Assembly (NCBI GenBank): GCA_026770705.1
Contig: JANJGN010000034.1
Location: forward strand, 11,408,001 to 11,472,000
DNA: 64,000 bases
Direction: 5' to 3'
Origin: Isurus oxyrinchus
Taxonomy: Eukaryota
Notes under the pieces: model-generated
What the model was told of the DNA's origin: nothing
The model's input: the letters and a program-made list of their open reading frames with translations, nothing else
Database searches by the model: none
Shown here: positions 24,808 to 37,479 of the stretch, piece by piece
Numbering within the stretch: the stretch's first letter is position 1
Layout: the number at the start of each line of letters is the position of its first letter
Position numbers and translations under genes: made by a program

Positions 24808-25104
24808 CAGTGAGCACAAAGGAAGTCACTATTGTCACAAGCATAGCAAGGTTATATTCCGTGTCCGGGTCCACCCCACACTCCGTCATATCACCTCTGA
24901 ACCAGCATTTTGAAAAGGCCACAGGCACTGCTTCAACATGGGCCACTGGACATATTCAGGTTTCTGGGCAGTTCAACTTCAACAAAGTCACAGATTCTTG
25001 AAATTCTCCAACCCCTTTGGTGTCTGAATAAATCAACACCGAGACCGTAAGTACCGATCCACCCGATAATAGGAAGCCCGTGCAGTGTCCATTCTCCAGG
25101 TGTT
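24808..25104 (-). pseudogene. Possible degenerate IgV (N-domain) exon of copy 1
   Basis: 297 nt between a pyrimidine-rich AG and a GT, phase 1-1, in the expected position between leader and IgC. Motif remnants GGSVL, FQNAGS (another frame) and DTEYNL; internal TGA. Confidence 0.4.
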
Positions 25105-25339
25105 CTTCAAAAGCAGGAAAGCAGAAAATTGTGATATTTGAACAACTTGTTTGGAAAAGGTCAGGACACCGGAACATTTCACACAAAAATGCCGAAGACA
25201 CGAGATATTACTCCCAGATCAAGAACTGGCACGTTGCATGGTGCTGCGCCAACCCAGTTAAGTGAGACCGCTGATTGTCTCCCGCTCCAGCAATGTCTCA
25301 AGTTTGAAAAGGTTAAATGGCACAAAGCCCGAGTCACGT

Positions 25340-25660
25340 CTTAATCTCCGTGAGCCCATTCTGTCCCCTGAAATCACTGCGATCCTCCAATTCTGGTCTC
25401 TGAATTACAACGAACATTAATCACTCTTTCACGGGCGGACATGCTGTTCACCTGCCTCAGTCCTAAATTCAAGAAATCCGATCCTGAACATTTCCACTTC
25501 TCTACCTCTCCCTGTTCAATAAGCAGCTCAAAACCGTTCCCTTTCACCGAGGTTACAGTCACTTGTCCTCTTTTTTTGCCCGGTGTCAAATTGAATTTAG
25601 TAACAGCGCTAAGAATCAGCTCGTGACGCTGTGTTAGGTTAAAGGGACTTTATAATTGTT
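25340..25660 (+). mobile_element. L2-type LINE 3' end fragment
   Basis: Similar to 40340-40610 (ctcagtcctaaa...ccacttctctacctct), a typical L2 3' tail. Confidence 0.55.
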
Positions 25661-26427
25661 AGGTGGTCTCATTTTGTTTACTGGCCCTGTGTTATTGAAA
25701 GGATGACCTTAAATCGCCAGTGGGTGGAATTTCTCCCTGAGCCGGCAGCACAAATCGGGTGCGGTCACTTTGGCCGTCCATTAAAGCCCGTCGCCGTACC
25801 CCACGGCTCTTCCCCACACTCTGAATATCGGACCCCTCTCCGGCTTAGATCTGGTTTCCCGTTCCTATTTAGATCATTTGACCTCCTGGCGAGGAGGAGG
25901 CTAACGGAAGATGGCCGGCGACAGGGAAGTAATGCGATAAAGGCCGCAGATTCCTTCTACGTTCAACTGCGGCAGCAACACTGGGTACTCAGCTTTGAAT
26001 GGACGGAGGTCAAGTCCGATGTTTATCGTCCCTCCCTATTCCAACGACAGACTGACCGATACCTTTCTCCCTGAATACTCAGTTCCTATACCCCGCCTCA
26101 GTCTACGGCTCCACTGGGTTTGCGGGGGGGTGGGGGAGTTGGTGGGGGCGGGGGGGCTGGGGGGGTGGGGCGATGGGGGCGGGTGGGTGGAAATGCTTTG
26201 CCTCCGACTGTCACATTTATCTGAATGTTTTCTTTCAAGGTACTTAAACCCTGGGGATCAGCTAAGGAAAGGTAATCACATCAGTGAAGCGAAGCGGCCA
26301 AACTCGACACGGCATTTTCATTTCTAAACTGATAATTCCTGTTATATTTTAACCTGATTCTCTGACAAGCTCTTTTTGTCTTCCTTCTCTATCTTTAAAA
26401 GAAATCATCGGAGAAATTGATACTCAC

Positions 26428-26479
26428 CTTCATCCATTAATAAGCAAAGAGCGACCACAGTTAAAAGGGGTCTGATCAA
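26428..26479 (-). pseudogene. Signal-peptide exon (L/M)IRPLLTVVALCLLMDE, starting at TTG
   Basis: Hydrophobic 17-codon stretch ending at a phase-1 gtgagt donor; no in-frame ATG upstream before a TGA. Confidence 0.65.
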
Positions 26480-26534
26480 CCCAAGAAAACCTCGCCCACT
26501 GTCACACTCTCGGTACAACTCGGTGACTGACCCG

Positions 26535-26600
26535 CACTTCCTGGTGTGCAGAACAGATCAGGTCAATCATTGGCTAAAGCTGCAAAGCTGATTGGACCGA
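26535..26600 (-). promoter_or_regulatory. Candidate proximal promoter: Ets site and two CCAAT boxes
   Basis: CCAGGAAGTG at 26535-26544 and CCAAT at 26569-26573 and 26591-26595 (minus strand), just upstream of the leader exon. Confidence 0.45.
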
Positions 26601-26664
26601 GTGCTTTTAACCCGACTGGAAACCTCACTTCACAGAAAAGCAGCTGCATATACATTCGAAATTA

Positions 26665-26806
26665 GGCTTGGCCTAAATAGCCAAGTGGTTATGGTACTGG
26701 GTTTGTAACCTCAAGAGTTCAAATCTCACAATGGCAAACTATGAAACAATGTAACTTCATCTGAATAGGAACAGATGGAAACGTGTTTGTACTCGAAAGA
26801 GTTACT
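26665..26806 (+). mobile_element. Short tRNA-derived SINE-like insertion
   Basis: A box TAGCCAAGTGG and B box GAGTTCAAATC; candidate TSD ttcgaaatta (26655-26664) / ttagaaatta (26807-26816). Confidence 0.65.
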
Positions 26807-27679
26807 TTAGAAATTATTGAAAATATGCAACGAAGTCGGTTTATTGTTAGTTGAGCAATTAAAACATTTCTCCAGGAATTAAAACATTAAAACATTTTAA
26901 AAAAATCTCCGGGAATGTATTGCTAAAAGGTGAGTTTCAACTGGAAATGATTATTCCCTGGCCTACAATTTTAATCTAATTGGATAGTCCATTCAAAGGT
27001 TCCCGCTGATTGGCCTCCTTCTATAGTGGTGGGGGACGGCGGGGGAGGAGGAAGGTGCATGGTGTCATTTATTCATTATGTTTTGCGGCTTAGTTGTCAA
27101 CATTCTCGCTGTGAGCCGGTACGTTGTGGGTGCCATTTCCCACTCCCGCTGTCCGCCACTGTTATGTGGCCTGCAGTCCTTCCAGTTCTCCACACGGGTC
27201 ACGACTGTGAAAATAAACAAAAAGAGACATACATTCGTGTTCAGATGCTGTGCTTTTGGCATTGCTGTTCCCCGCCACCACCCCCCACCCACCCCCGACC
27301 CCCACAGCCCCACACACCCCACCCATACCCCGCCGGCCGAGTTATCATACCAACAATGAATGCTCCTTCGGGAGGCAATTAAAATCGACCGCAGTTTAGA
27401 AGAAGCATGAATTCTTGGCAGTTTGGCAACATGTCAATCAGAGGATATCTGGGAGCTTCAATCGAACATTTGGTCGAATATTTCACAAGCAAGCATGTCG
27501 GCAGCAGATCATCCATGACGTGGCACATCCGGAGTTCAATGTTCAGGTGCAGGAAGTGTAGGGGATGAGGGAGGATTGACCAAGGGTAGGCCCACAGATT
27601 ACTGACTTTCTGTTTCCGTGTTAAACCTATACTTGGTCCTACATATTATATAAAAATTTTACGAAGCTGTCTTATTACA

Positions 27680-28790
27680 GAGAGCATATTTGTCCTTGCA
27701 CTCGCTCTCTGAAAAACCACACTCAGTTTAGTCACTCTTCTTGTCATGCGTTTGTGCCCTTCGTATTGCATTGCGCATTGTATCCAAATAATCGTTCAGT
27801 AGTATCGAAGTTGAGTATTGCTGAAAAATTGACATGCAATCAAATCTTTTCCTCTTCCACTCATCTGAATAGCTCGCAAAAATTGTAATGCGGGAACAAC
27901 AATTTATACTGCATGAGAAGAGAGTGTTGAATGGTTGGCAATAGGATTCTGATTAATGGAGTTGTTGCCATGGAGAATGCAGCATGGGACAGTTAGCTGC
28001 TCAGCTTTGTTAAAATTAAAGCCAGGCAGGACGACTCTGATTAGTGTAGTTGTTGCCCTGGGTAATGAAGCAGCGAATGAATTTTCCATGAACATATCTT
28101 CAGATGCAAGAAGGTGCAACTTGTGAAAATGTTCATTTTGGTTGCAAAGGACAGGAGCCTGTGAGTGAATATATGTGAGCTCTAGGAGACACAAGTGAGC
28201 CACACTGCCAGCCTGATCGATAATGGTAAATTGCATTTCAGCGTAATTCTTCGCACAATCAGGATTATTTGGCAGCTGTTGTCCTAACGTGGACATTCGC
28301 CCTAAGTTGGACACTATATTTTGAGAGTTTTGCAAGCAAAGCCTGATTGGGGATAGTCAGTACCTTCCTTCCCTGTTGTGAACAGCTGAAAGGACCTGCT
28401 GTTTGATACGACCTTCCAAATGATGGGACGTATCGCCGTTGTACCTGACAATACACTGGCACTGAAATTCAAAGACCACATGGCCAATTGGTGAGTTAGG
28501 CCAAAAGCCTTTTTGGCTTGATGGCAACGTCCTTTTAGTAGAGATTGCCACCCAGATACCTAATGCATAGGAGCAGCGTGCTATGCCTAGCTTCGTTTAT
28601 TTTATTGTGACAACGTACCCTTCCAGGGCAATCTGAAGTAGACTGGGCACTTTTCAGGACTGAATGTGGCAGCATAACGCCCACTACTGAGTTTGTACAA
28701 TATGCAGCAAAGGATAATTCGTTCAGGGAACATATTGTTCCACAGGATGACTTTGCTGTGCATGGCACATTGAGTCATTAAAACTGAACT
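27680..28790 (-). mobile_element. Penelope-like element 3' part (GIY-YIG endonuclease and pLTR), degenerate
   Basis: Peptides HVVFEFQCQCIVRYNGDTSHHLEGRIKQQV and STLGQQLPNNPDCAKNY...LLELTYIH...PVLCNQ. Confidence 0.85.
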
Positions 28791-28799
28791 GAGTTCAGT

Positions 28800-29160
28800 T
28801 ATGCACCCGTGAAGCCACAAATATTCATACACAGGGCCCTGCCCTTTGTTGAACAAAAGAACCTGCACTGGAATTGCTCCTTTGGAAATAAACAAAGCTT
28901 ATGGAACAGTCATTGGGCAACACATTGACCAATCAGTGTCATCCTGCCTGGATTGATTTTGAACAAAGCTGGGCGGTTATTTTCACGCTGCATTCAGCAT
29001 GGCAAGGCTATGGCAATCAGAGTCCACTTGCCAACAAAACTGAATTCTCTTCTCTTACAGTATAAATTGTTGTTTCCCCATTTCAATAGGAACGGTCTTG
29101 GGAGCAATCCTCATGCAAGGCTAACGGAAAGCATTGAGAGCATGTGTCTACTTCCAGAAG
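28800..29160 (+). mobile_element. Inverted copy of the Penelope 3' end/pLTR
   Basis: Matches the reverse complement of ~27830-28180 (e.g. ctcttctc...cagtataaattgttgt..ccc). Confidence 0.75.
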
Positions 29161-30319
29161 TACATTGTATTATAACTTTCTGCTCGGAAATTAAGGATGC
29201 AAATTGTCTGTAAATTAGGCACCCCCATTACTGAGCAATTCGATCACTGGTCTATACTGACAATTTGCTCAGGTTTCCATTTACTTGAAAAGTTCGTAAA
29301 ATGCTAATCTGCCTCTCAATCCCAGTAAGTGAAATTTCAGATGTCGAAGTAACTGATGAAACATTTTAAAATGCGTATATTTTGAGGTGTCATGATTGAA
29401 TTGCTTAATTGAGCCTTTTTCTGTTGTGCTTCTTTGTTCAATCTTTAATTCAACTTTTCTCAACATCTCCCAAGTGCACGACTTGAGTTTCCATTTTCCT
29501 CCAATGTTTAGATCTTGGGAGATCACTTTGGATTCTGCAGTCTCTGATACCTAATTTCCCAATTCGCATCGACTATGCTCAATCAGCTAAAGTGATGATA
29601 TTTGCAGGGAAACTGTGGTCTAACACACAGTACAGTACATTGAACAGTAAAGGCCACCAAGACAGATTCAGTAAATTTCCCTTCAGCCCACCCAGTCTTC
29701 AGTGACCACTGTGAGTCACAGTTACTCAGTGGAACTCTCTCCCTCACGAGGCACTTTAACTCATCACTTTCGAAATCCAACGCCTCTTCTCCTGAGTAGC
29801 TTTAGTTCACAGGGTTGAAAATTCTGCAATCCGAACACAAATTACTGGCATACTTCCAGCTCATTTGCAGATGGCTAGTTTCACTAAATTGGCACTGCTG
29901 TGCATTACTACAAACTTAGTCTACCAGTTGCACTGAGCTATAAATGGTTTCCAAGGTTTCTCTGCGCCCTAGCTGCCTCACACAGAACCAGCAACATTCC
30001 ACGACCATCTGAGCTCCCAGTTCTTCTCTGAACCTGAACTGCCTGGAGTCTGCTCAGTGTTCTGAAGCATCATTTGACTACATCAACTGTTTGAAAGGGG
30101 CACTGCAGTTCAGTTCTGATCATGTAAGATGATATGAGATTACATGCTGCATGATTTCTGGATAATGAGTGACCAGGCCTCACCATCACCTGAACCGAAT
30201 GAAGTGAAAAATGATGAGGACTTCAGTTACATGTTTAGATTGCAGATGCTCTGCTTGCCCTCCTGGGAGACAAAAGATCTGATATCGGTAACATGATAGA
30301 TAAGCATAAATATCATGAA

Positions 30320-30630
30320 GTGTATGGACAGAGTTTTTTAGCGAGAGGCTGTTTCCTTTGATGGAAGCATCGAGAAACACAGGACACTGATTTATAGGGA
30401 ATGGGGAATGAGGAGACGCTTCTTTCATTAGTGGGTCGTTAGGATGCAGAATACACTGCCAGAGACTATGATGGAGGCACATTCAATCATGGCTTTAAGA
30501 AGGCTTTTGTGCCAAAAAGGAAAACATATGGGGAAAGGGTAGCGTAGTGGCATCACATGCAATTCTGTCACAGAGAGGTGGCACAGATATGGCAGGCTGA
30601 ATGGTCTCGCTCTATGCTACAAATATTCAA
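30320..30630 (+). mobile_element. CR1 LINE 3' end fragment
   Basis: RLFPLMEASRNTGH...RRFFH-type peptide followed by a CR1 3' UTR-like tail. Confidence 0.6.
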
Positions 30631-33600
30631 TGATTCACGGAGGAATTTCAACATGAATCGAAGGAAGAGCAAGTACGGTATTAAGCAACATACCCCCTTA
30701 CGTGAGTGAGGAAATTGCCTCCATATAACAATGTTCCACCTCCCCTCCCCGCAGCACCCCATGCAAAACCAAACAACATGTGTTGCAATACAGAGAATCG
30801 ATCTTGGTTGGTCCGTTTTTTTTTTCAATTCCACCAATAACTTATGCCTTTGTTCACAAATCCCAAGCCGTGCAAACTCTGTTTCTAACTGCCTCTGTTG
30901 AATAGAAAGCTCTCATTTTACTTGTGCATCTAATGCTTGAATGCGGTTAGTCAGAAGGAAGTCCAAATGTTGCAGCCACTTGTACGGCAAAAGTGGCTCT
31001 GCAAACAGATATTTTTCACTTCTTATCTCACGATCTCACCTTTCCGCGGATGGAGTAATAATTTGTCAGAACCTTTCAGAATACTGACATGGTTCTCAGA
31101 AATTGGACCTTTCAAAATTACACTCACTGGTCTTATAGTTATTGAGCGGGGAAGTATTGTTTCATGAGTAGCTGACAGCGGTGCACAATCCAAACGGAAG
31201 ACTCATTAGACCATCCTGTTTGACATTTATCCTGCAGCCATGAGATTATCGCGATTTCATGACCATGTTATTTTACTGCGGTGAAATGAATTGCTCCTAA
31301 ATCAGGCAACGTGAGCTGCAACATTGTTCGTTTCCTGGGACTTTTCATGTGGATAGAAGCAACACAAAATCATTCGAAGCCAATTTTCAGTCCCTCGTAT
31401 TTTGTGCAACATTGTCAGGAGTGGCCAATTATCTGACGGGCAGGAAATGGTGACTTGGGTATATACACATTGAGGAGTTTTCTGCTCGTCAGTACTTAAA
31501 AGAATAGAACTTGCCTAAGGCGGATGGAAACAGCAAAGCAGTCACTATGCCATGAAGTGCAATAACACTAGTGGAGGAAAAGGTGGGAGGTATGGCTCAC
31601 CATTGTTTGGAAGCTGCTTTCAGAAGCGATGCAATATAATACGTAGAATTTAAGCTCTTAGCAGCTAAGTTGACCGATCAGGGCCGTGCCAGCTTCCATG
31701 GTCCGAATGAAAGACCTCCCACACTTTTTCACCTAAACCTTATCAACAATCTCCACCATATACTTGGCCAGCTTCTCCCTAAATTAATCGATACTGCTTG
31801 ACTCAACACTCCCTGTTGCCAAGTCCCATATTCTACGCACTCTCTAGTTGTACAGCTTTGACCTGAATTCCTTCTCTCTTCAGTCACCGTGCTGCAAGAA
31901 ACGGGTTGGCGACCATGGATTTGAACGAATCACATTGTTTCTCAAAGTGCTGCAGTGGTTTGCCATTGCCTTCTGCAACATGGCTCAACAAGACAGTCTC
32001 CCGCTCCGACGGACTGCTGTGTGGCGTGTTGGAAAGGGTTAACAGGATACTAATCAACCTGCCTGCCCACCATATGAACACACCATCTATTGCCATCACG
32101 ACTTGGAGTGAGATTTGAACCAGGGCCTTCTGGCTCAGAAGCAGGGGCACTTACAAGCATGCAACAAGCCTTCCGCTCAAATGCAAAACTGGGCTTATTT
32201 GTTTTGAGATTATACTTAGGGCTCCAAAATTTGATTCGTCCTAAAGTGGAAGCATATTCTCCAGGCTTACTCTTTCAAATGCCTTCAACATTTTAAGGAC
32301 ATCAGGAAAATTCCGCGGCCTATTTAGCCTTTCTAGATATTTAACACCTCTCAGTTTCGGTATCATGCTAGTAAATTCTGCACATTACAGTCTTAGGATT
32401 TAAATTTGTAATTCGATTATTAGGAAAAGTAGTGACAGCTATGCAAGTCCAACAATTATCCAAGTTTCGAATTCTGGCAATTATTTAAGTTGCTCATATC
32501 ATCATTCAGAGAAAGGCTGAAATGGTCACCTCTTTAAAGTGCAGATGGCGTATTGCATCATAGATTACAAAACAGTGACACTGAATGTTCAGACTCAAAT
32601 CGTTCATTGTTTCAGCCGAACTTGGCAGGTTTAGGGGAAGTGCTCCAACTGCTGACTTATCAATGTGAAACTGCAGGGCCAAAGGAAAGACCGAAGACAT
32701 GGAGGGAAAGAGCAACCTCTTGTATCTGAGAGCAACATGTTCCTGAGGCAGGGGGCCAGAACAAATGGAAACACTTAAACCAAACTTTAGGCACGAGGCA
32801 CCAGTTGATTTATGCTCTGCTTCCCAATAATTATTCATTTTAGCACTTTCAGTATAACACCTTGTAGAGACAAAATGTGCACTGAAGCAGAGACAGGTTT
32901 AGAGTTTGTGAGAGAGAGGCAACGAGACAAAGCGAAAGAAAAAGAAAGAGTCTCACTGTGGTTGAGATATGGACAGAGTGAGAGATAGGGAGGGAGTGGC
33001 AGAGGGACGCACTAAGTGAAAATTGAGGAAAGGTTGCAGGACGGGGGCATGGGGTGGTGGTGGCAGCAGAGAAGGGGACAGGGAAGGGTGTCAAACTATT
33101 AGGAGAAATTAAATATATTTCTTTATTATACGTAAATCTCCAGACAGCCATTACTGCTAAACATATTAACAGTTGAACCTTGCCAGGTGAACATTGCACA
33201 GCCTTGACAGCCAGGCTCGAGGCAAAGGTTGGCATAAATGAGATTAAGTGCTCCTCTCTCAGATAGGGAAGGGGCAAAATGGTGTTGACTAAGATATGGG
33301 AAGATGAACAATGGACAAAGAGGGGGCTTTGATGAAACACAAACAGTCTTGAGTTGCAAGAATCAAGGTTCATGTATATGTGCCTTAATTCTGATTGGAT
33401 AGCAAATATATATATACATGCTTTAGAATAATTGGAAAGGAAAATCGCATGTTTATGCACTCAATAGGATAGAGATAGTATGGAATCAATGTTGGTGGTT
33501 ATGAATTGGATGTCTTCAAATGAACTCAAATATATTATGATAAGAAAAAGTACAAAAGCAATGAAATGTAATTGATCTGGGAACTAGGTCTCATTTCTTA

Positions 33601-34039
33601 GGCATGATTGCGCCCCCTTGCACATCTTTGAATAATGCTGGTTCAATGAAGCCTGAGTCTCGTGTGGTCATTGCGGCATCAGAGAGTGCAACATCCCCTC
33701 TTCACAAAAAAAGAAACGAGAGAGGCAAATGGACAATTGGATTCATTGAAGTGAAGGATGGGGGGAACAGTCCTTTTCACACTAATTATGTGTTAAGGTA
33801 GAATGGCTCCTGCAGCAACATCAGTCTCCTCCCTTATGTTGTTTCCGTTCTCCTTTGATTATCCTGTACTTGGAAGTGAGAGGCACTATTTAAAAGAGGC
33901 TCATTGTCATTCATAAGGCCGGAGAAAACGTAGCCAGATCTAATAAGATTACTGCTGCTGATGCTTTGAGTTTTCTTTAAGGTTTCTTTCAGAGCTTCTA
34001 ACAGCTATAAATAATCGGGAAACATTTACTCCTTTCTTT

Positions 34040-34775
34040 TCAATTCATCCACGGGGTGTGAAGTTCGCTGACTGGGCTATCACTTAATGCCCATCCCTAA
34101 TTGCAATTCAGATGGTGGTGGTGAGATGATATTTTGAACCGCTGCACTCCCTGTGGTGTAGGCACAACCACAGTGCTGTTAGGAAGGGAGTTCCAGGATT
34201 TTGACTCAGCGACAGTGAAGGAACGGCCGATATATTTCCAAGTCAGGTTGTTGAGTGGCTTGGAGGGGAACTTCCAGGTGGTGGTGCTCCCATGTGTCTG
34301 CTGCCCTTGTCCTGCTAGATGGTAGTGGTTGTGGGTTTGGAAGTTGATGTCCAAGGAGTTTTCTGAATTCTTAATGTGCATCTTGTGCATGGTAAACACT
34401 TCTGTCACTGTGCGTCGGTGGTGGAGGGAATGAATGTTTGTGGATGGGATGCCAATCAAGCTGGCTGCTTTTTCCTGGATGGTGTCAAACTTCTTGATTC
34501 TTGTGGGAGCTGCACTCATCCAGGCCAGTGGGGAGTATTCCACCAGCAGGGCATTGAGTTTGGGGGAATCAGTGATGCTAATGTCATTGAACATCAAGGG
34601 CGATGGTTCGATTCTCTATTTTTGGAAATGTCATTGGCTGGTGTTTGTGTGGTGGGAATGTTATCGGCTACTCATCATCCCAAGCCAGGATATTGTCCAG
34701 GTCTGGCTGCATTTGGACATGGAGTGCGTCAGCATCTGTGGAATCGTGAATGGTGCTGGGCATTGTGCAATCATA
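34040..34775 (-). mobile_element. CR1-clade LINE 3' fragment, same family as 19000-20900
   Basis: Peptide EYSPLAWMSAAPT..KFDTIQEKAASLIG...SWNSLPNSTV. Confidence 0.85.
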
Positions 34776-36131
34776 TGCAAATCATTCATATTTTACTATC
34801 ATGCATGGATTCTATGTCCTGTTTAATAATTCATTACTTCTCTCTGTTTCCTATGCTCAGAATACCAGTCGTCAAACCCCATAGCATAAATTCATGAAAC
34901 ATGCACCTTTATATCACATAAATACATAGTTCTATACATATTTTAACAAAAGCATGAAAAATTATGAATGGATCTATTCGGCACCTGGAGATAATAATCC
35001 TTATCCAACATAGGCATGCTGCGTCAATAATGATGCATGGTGTAGGGTGCGGCAGATGCTGATGTTTGTCTGTGAGTTGAAGTTTCACAGGATGGAGGAT
35101 ATGAGACTGTGATGGAGAGAAAATGAGCTTACACATCAAAATTTGGGGTGGAGTTTGGCACCGGTTACAGCCTTGCAACAATAGCTGGGAAAATGGGGAT
35201 CTAAAGGCTACAGAGGTTTCCACCTGAAGGTGATCCATTTATCCTGATTCTCCGCTTCCTGGCCAGTGGCCTTAATCTACCTACTGATTCACTAAAGGCA
35301 GCTGCATCTCATTCATGGTTTAATGTTCAACAAACAATGTGACATCACAGAAATAGAGGAGAGTCGTGGTGGTTGGCACAGAGGGAGAGATGGATGTTTA
35401 GAGCAAGTTGGTGGAAACAGATCCGATATCAAGGAATTTTGCCTCCGGAAGATAACAGGTACATGAGGTAAAGTTGCACAGGAATAGTTCAGTGGTTTAA
35501 CTGAAAGGCAGTAGATGGAGAGAATTGCCATATCTGCAAGTTCGCTGCCTTGATTTGGATCGCTTCTAGTGTTACTAAGGACTAGCAGTCCCACTGAGTT
35601 CAAAACTTAAGAATGATAGTTTTTTTGACTATACTGAAGAATGCAAACTGGCTGCAGAACCATAGACGGTGCTCCATGACCAGGGAAAGACAGCTTGCTC
35701 TGCACCCGCCCAGGGCAGCTTCAGTGTTGCAGTCGGGATGCAAGCTGCAGCAGGGAGACATAAGTTGGGAGTCGGCTTAAATACAGAAATGTATGTGATG
35801 TGTATCCATGTTCGGCATCTCTAGAGAGGAATGGGAATATCAATATGGGTGCTAGATTGCAGTTGTGGATAGGAATTTTTGGGTTTTCTTGTGGGAAGTT
35901 ATTGCTAACATTAGTGTTGAAAATTAGAACATCCAAACTCAATAATGTTAAACTGGCAGCTGGAGTGAACTAGAGAGGCAGGAAAGGAATATGTTGAATA
36001 TGTGGTGAGACTCACTGATGTGATGACTTGCGACAAGGAATGATCGGAGATCTAACAGGAACTTCAAGGCAAGGAGAAATGCAAAGCATCGGTAATAAAG
36101 ACAAAATATGACGCATGCGCAGAACGTAAAG

Positions 36132-36232
36132 CAAAAACAAAAAAATGCTGGAAAAACGCAGCAGGTCTGAAAGCATCTGTGGAGAGCGAGACCGAGTTAA
36201 CGTTTCGAGTCCATGTGACTCTACTTCAGATC
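36132..36232 (-). mobile_element. Penelope-type pLTR fragment containing a minimal hammerhead-like motif
   Basis: The minus strand reads CTGAAGTA-GAGTC-acatg-GACTC-GAAAC-GTTAAC-TC. Confidence 0.55.
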
Positions 36233-37479
36233 TACTAGCATGGGGAGTGTTTGGTTCCGTGGAAAAGTGGTTGGAAAAAGCGATCAGTGAAACCAATGGT
36301 CGAAACATTTGTGACCAACATGAACTCCTCGAACTTATAATTTGCATAAAAATTTCGAAGGCTGTTGTTTCCAGCACAATTTGATTCCTAAAATGTCATG
36401 AATCAGTCAAATTGTCTCTTAACCATTGGTTTCATGAAGGAATAATTGCGGTTTGCTCTTCCATGTCAATATTTGTGAAACTCTGAATGCTACTCGATTG
36501 CACAATGAATTCACCTGTCTGAACTCTTACATTCCAGAATATTTCCGCCCATCCAACGCCCCGCTGGGTTCTGTCACATTTCCTCTATTGGAACAAAGGA
36601 TTCATTTATCAATCACACAATGCTGAGTGCAGTGAGACCCAGCAGACTGAAGCAGCAGGGTTAATATTTGATTAAGTTTGCATTTTGGACGACGAACGAT
36701 TGCATATTTAAAACAGTAGTGAAAATCTATTTAAATAAAAGAACGTCCATGAATATTCCGGCTTTCCTTTCATACCCAACAATTAATTCATTTTGCTTCC
36801 ATTTTTTTCTTTAGTTTCCAGTTCCTTCTTTCACTCAGTCGGAAGTTGCAACTTCTCTAACATTATTCCTGCATTTTTTTGAAGGGGCTAAGAAGTTACT
36901 TCATGTTTTACTTCCTCGGTACTTTCACACAAGCTAATAATCCCTTAAGGAGAGCTGACAGTTTCATCTCAAGCTGCATTAAACATAACAACAATGGTTA
37001 AAAAAAAAGCTATATCAATGCACCATTACCATGCGCCAAAATTTGTCTTGCTCCATTTGCCAATAAATGTGCAGTTCAACAAAGATCCATTTTGTTCTTA
37101 ATTACTTCCAAGAGTGAATTTGCACAAACGGCAGCTAAAATCCACATGCAAATGAGTTTACAGTTTATTCTGAACTCATCTGTTTCATGATTTCCCTGTG
37201 GTGGAAACACTAAATTCTGAAACAAATTAGACAGGCTCCTCAAAGCCTATTTAGGGAACTATGTTCCGGTCCCTCAACTTAAATGTCACAATTAGTGTGG
37301 GGTGAGGAGGGGATGTGGGGGTGTGGGCGGAGGGCTAGAGAGGGAGTCGGGGAGGCGTGGGGTGCAAATGTTTGTTTGAAAGCGTTCAGTTCAGCCACAA
37401 AGGCATTAGTTGTCATGGGAACAAGAACTTCAAAATCAATGAATTGATGTAAATATACAGATTAAGACAGTGGCCACAA

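Larger units (their letters stand above)
4014..26479 (-). pseudogene. CEACAM-like Ig-superfamily receptor pseudogene, copy 1 (leader, IgV, IgC exons, TM, YENI + ITAM tail)
   Basis: Ordered minus-strand exons with CEACAM-type motifs (EPVxKPNI, GPDxPxI, NRTLTI), a TM exon and an ITAM split by a phase-0 intron. The Ig exons are disrupted. A tentative last exon (R-stop) starts at 4017, with AATAAA near 3705. Confidence 0.85.

Noticed and set aside
26670-26740. Functional tRNA gene
   Set aside because: Has A and B boxes but no full cloverleaf or acceptor stem; better explained as a SINE head.
32849-33460. Longest ORF in the track (203 aa)
   Set aside because: Largely the antisense of a purine-rich low-complexity tract; no recognisable domain.
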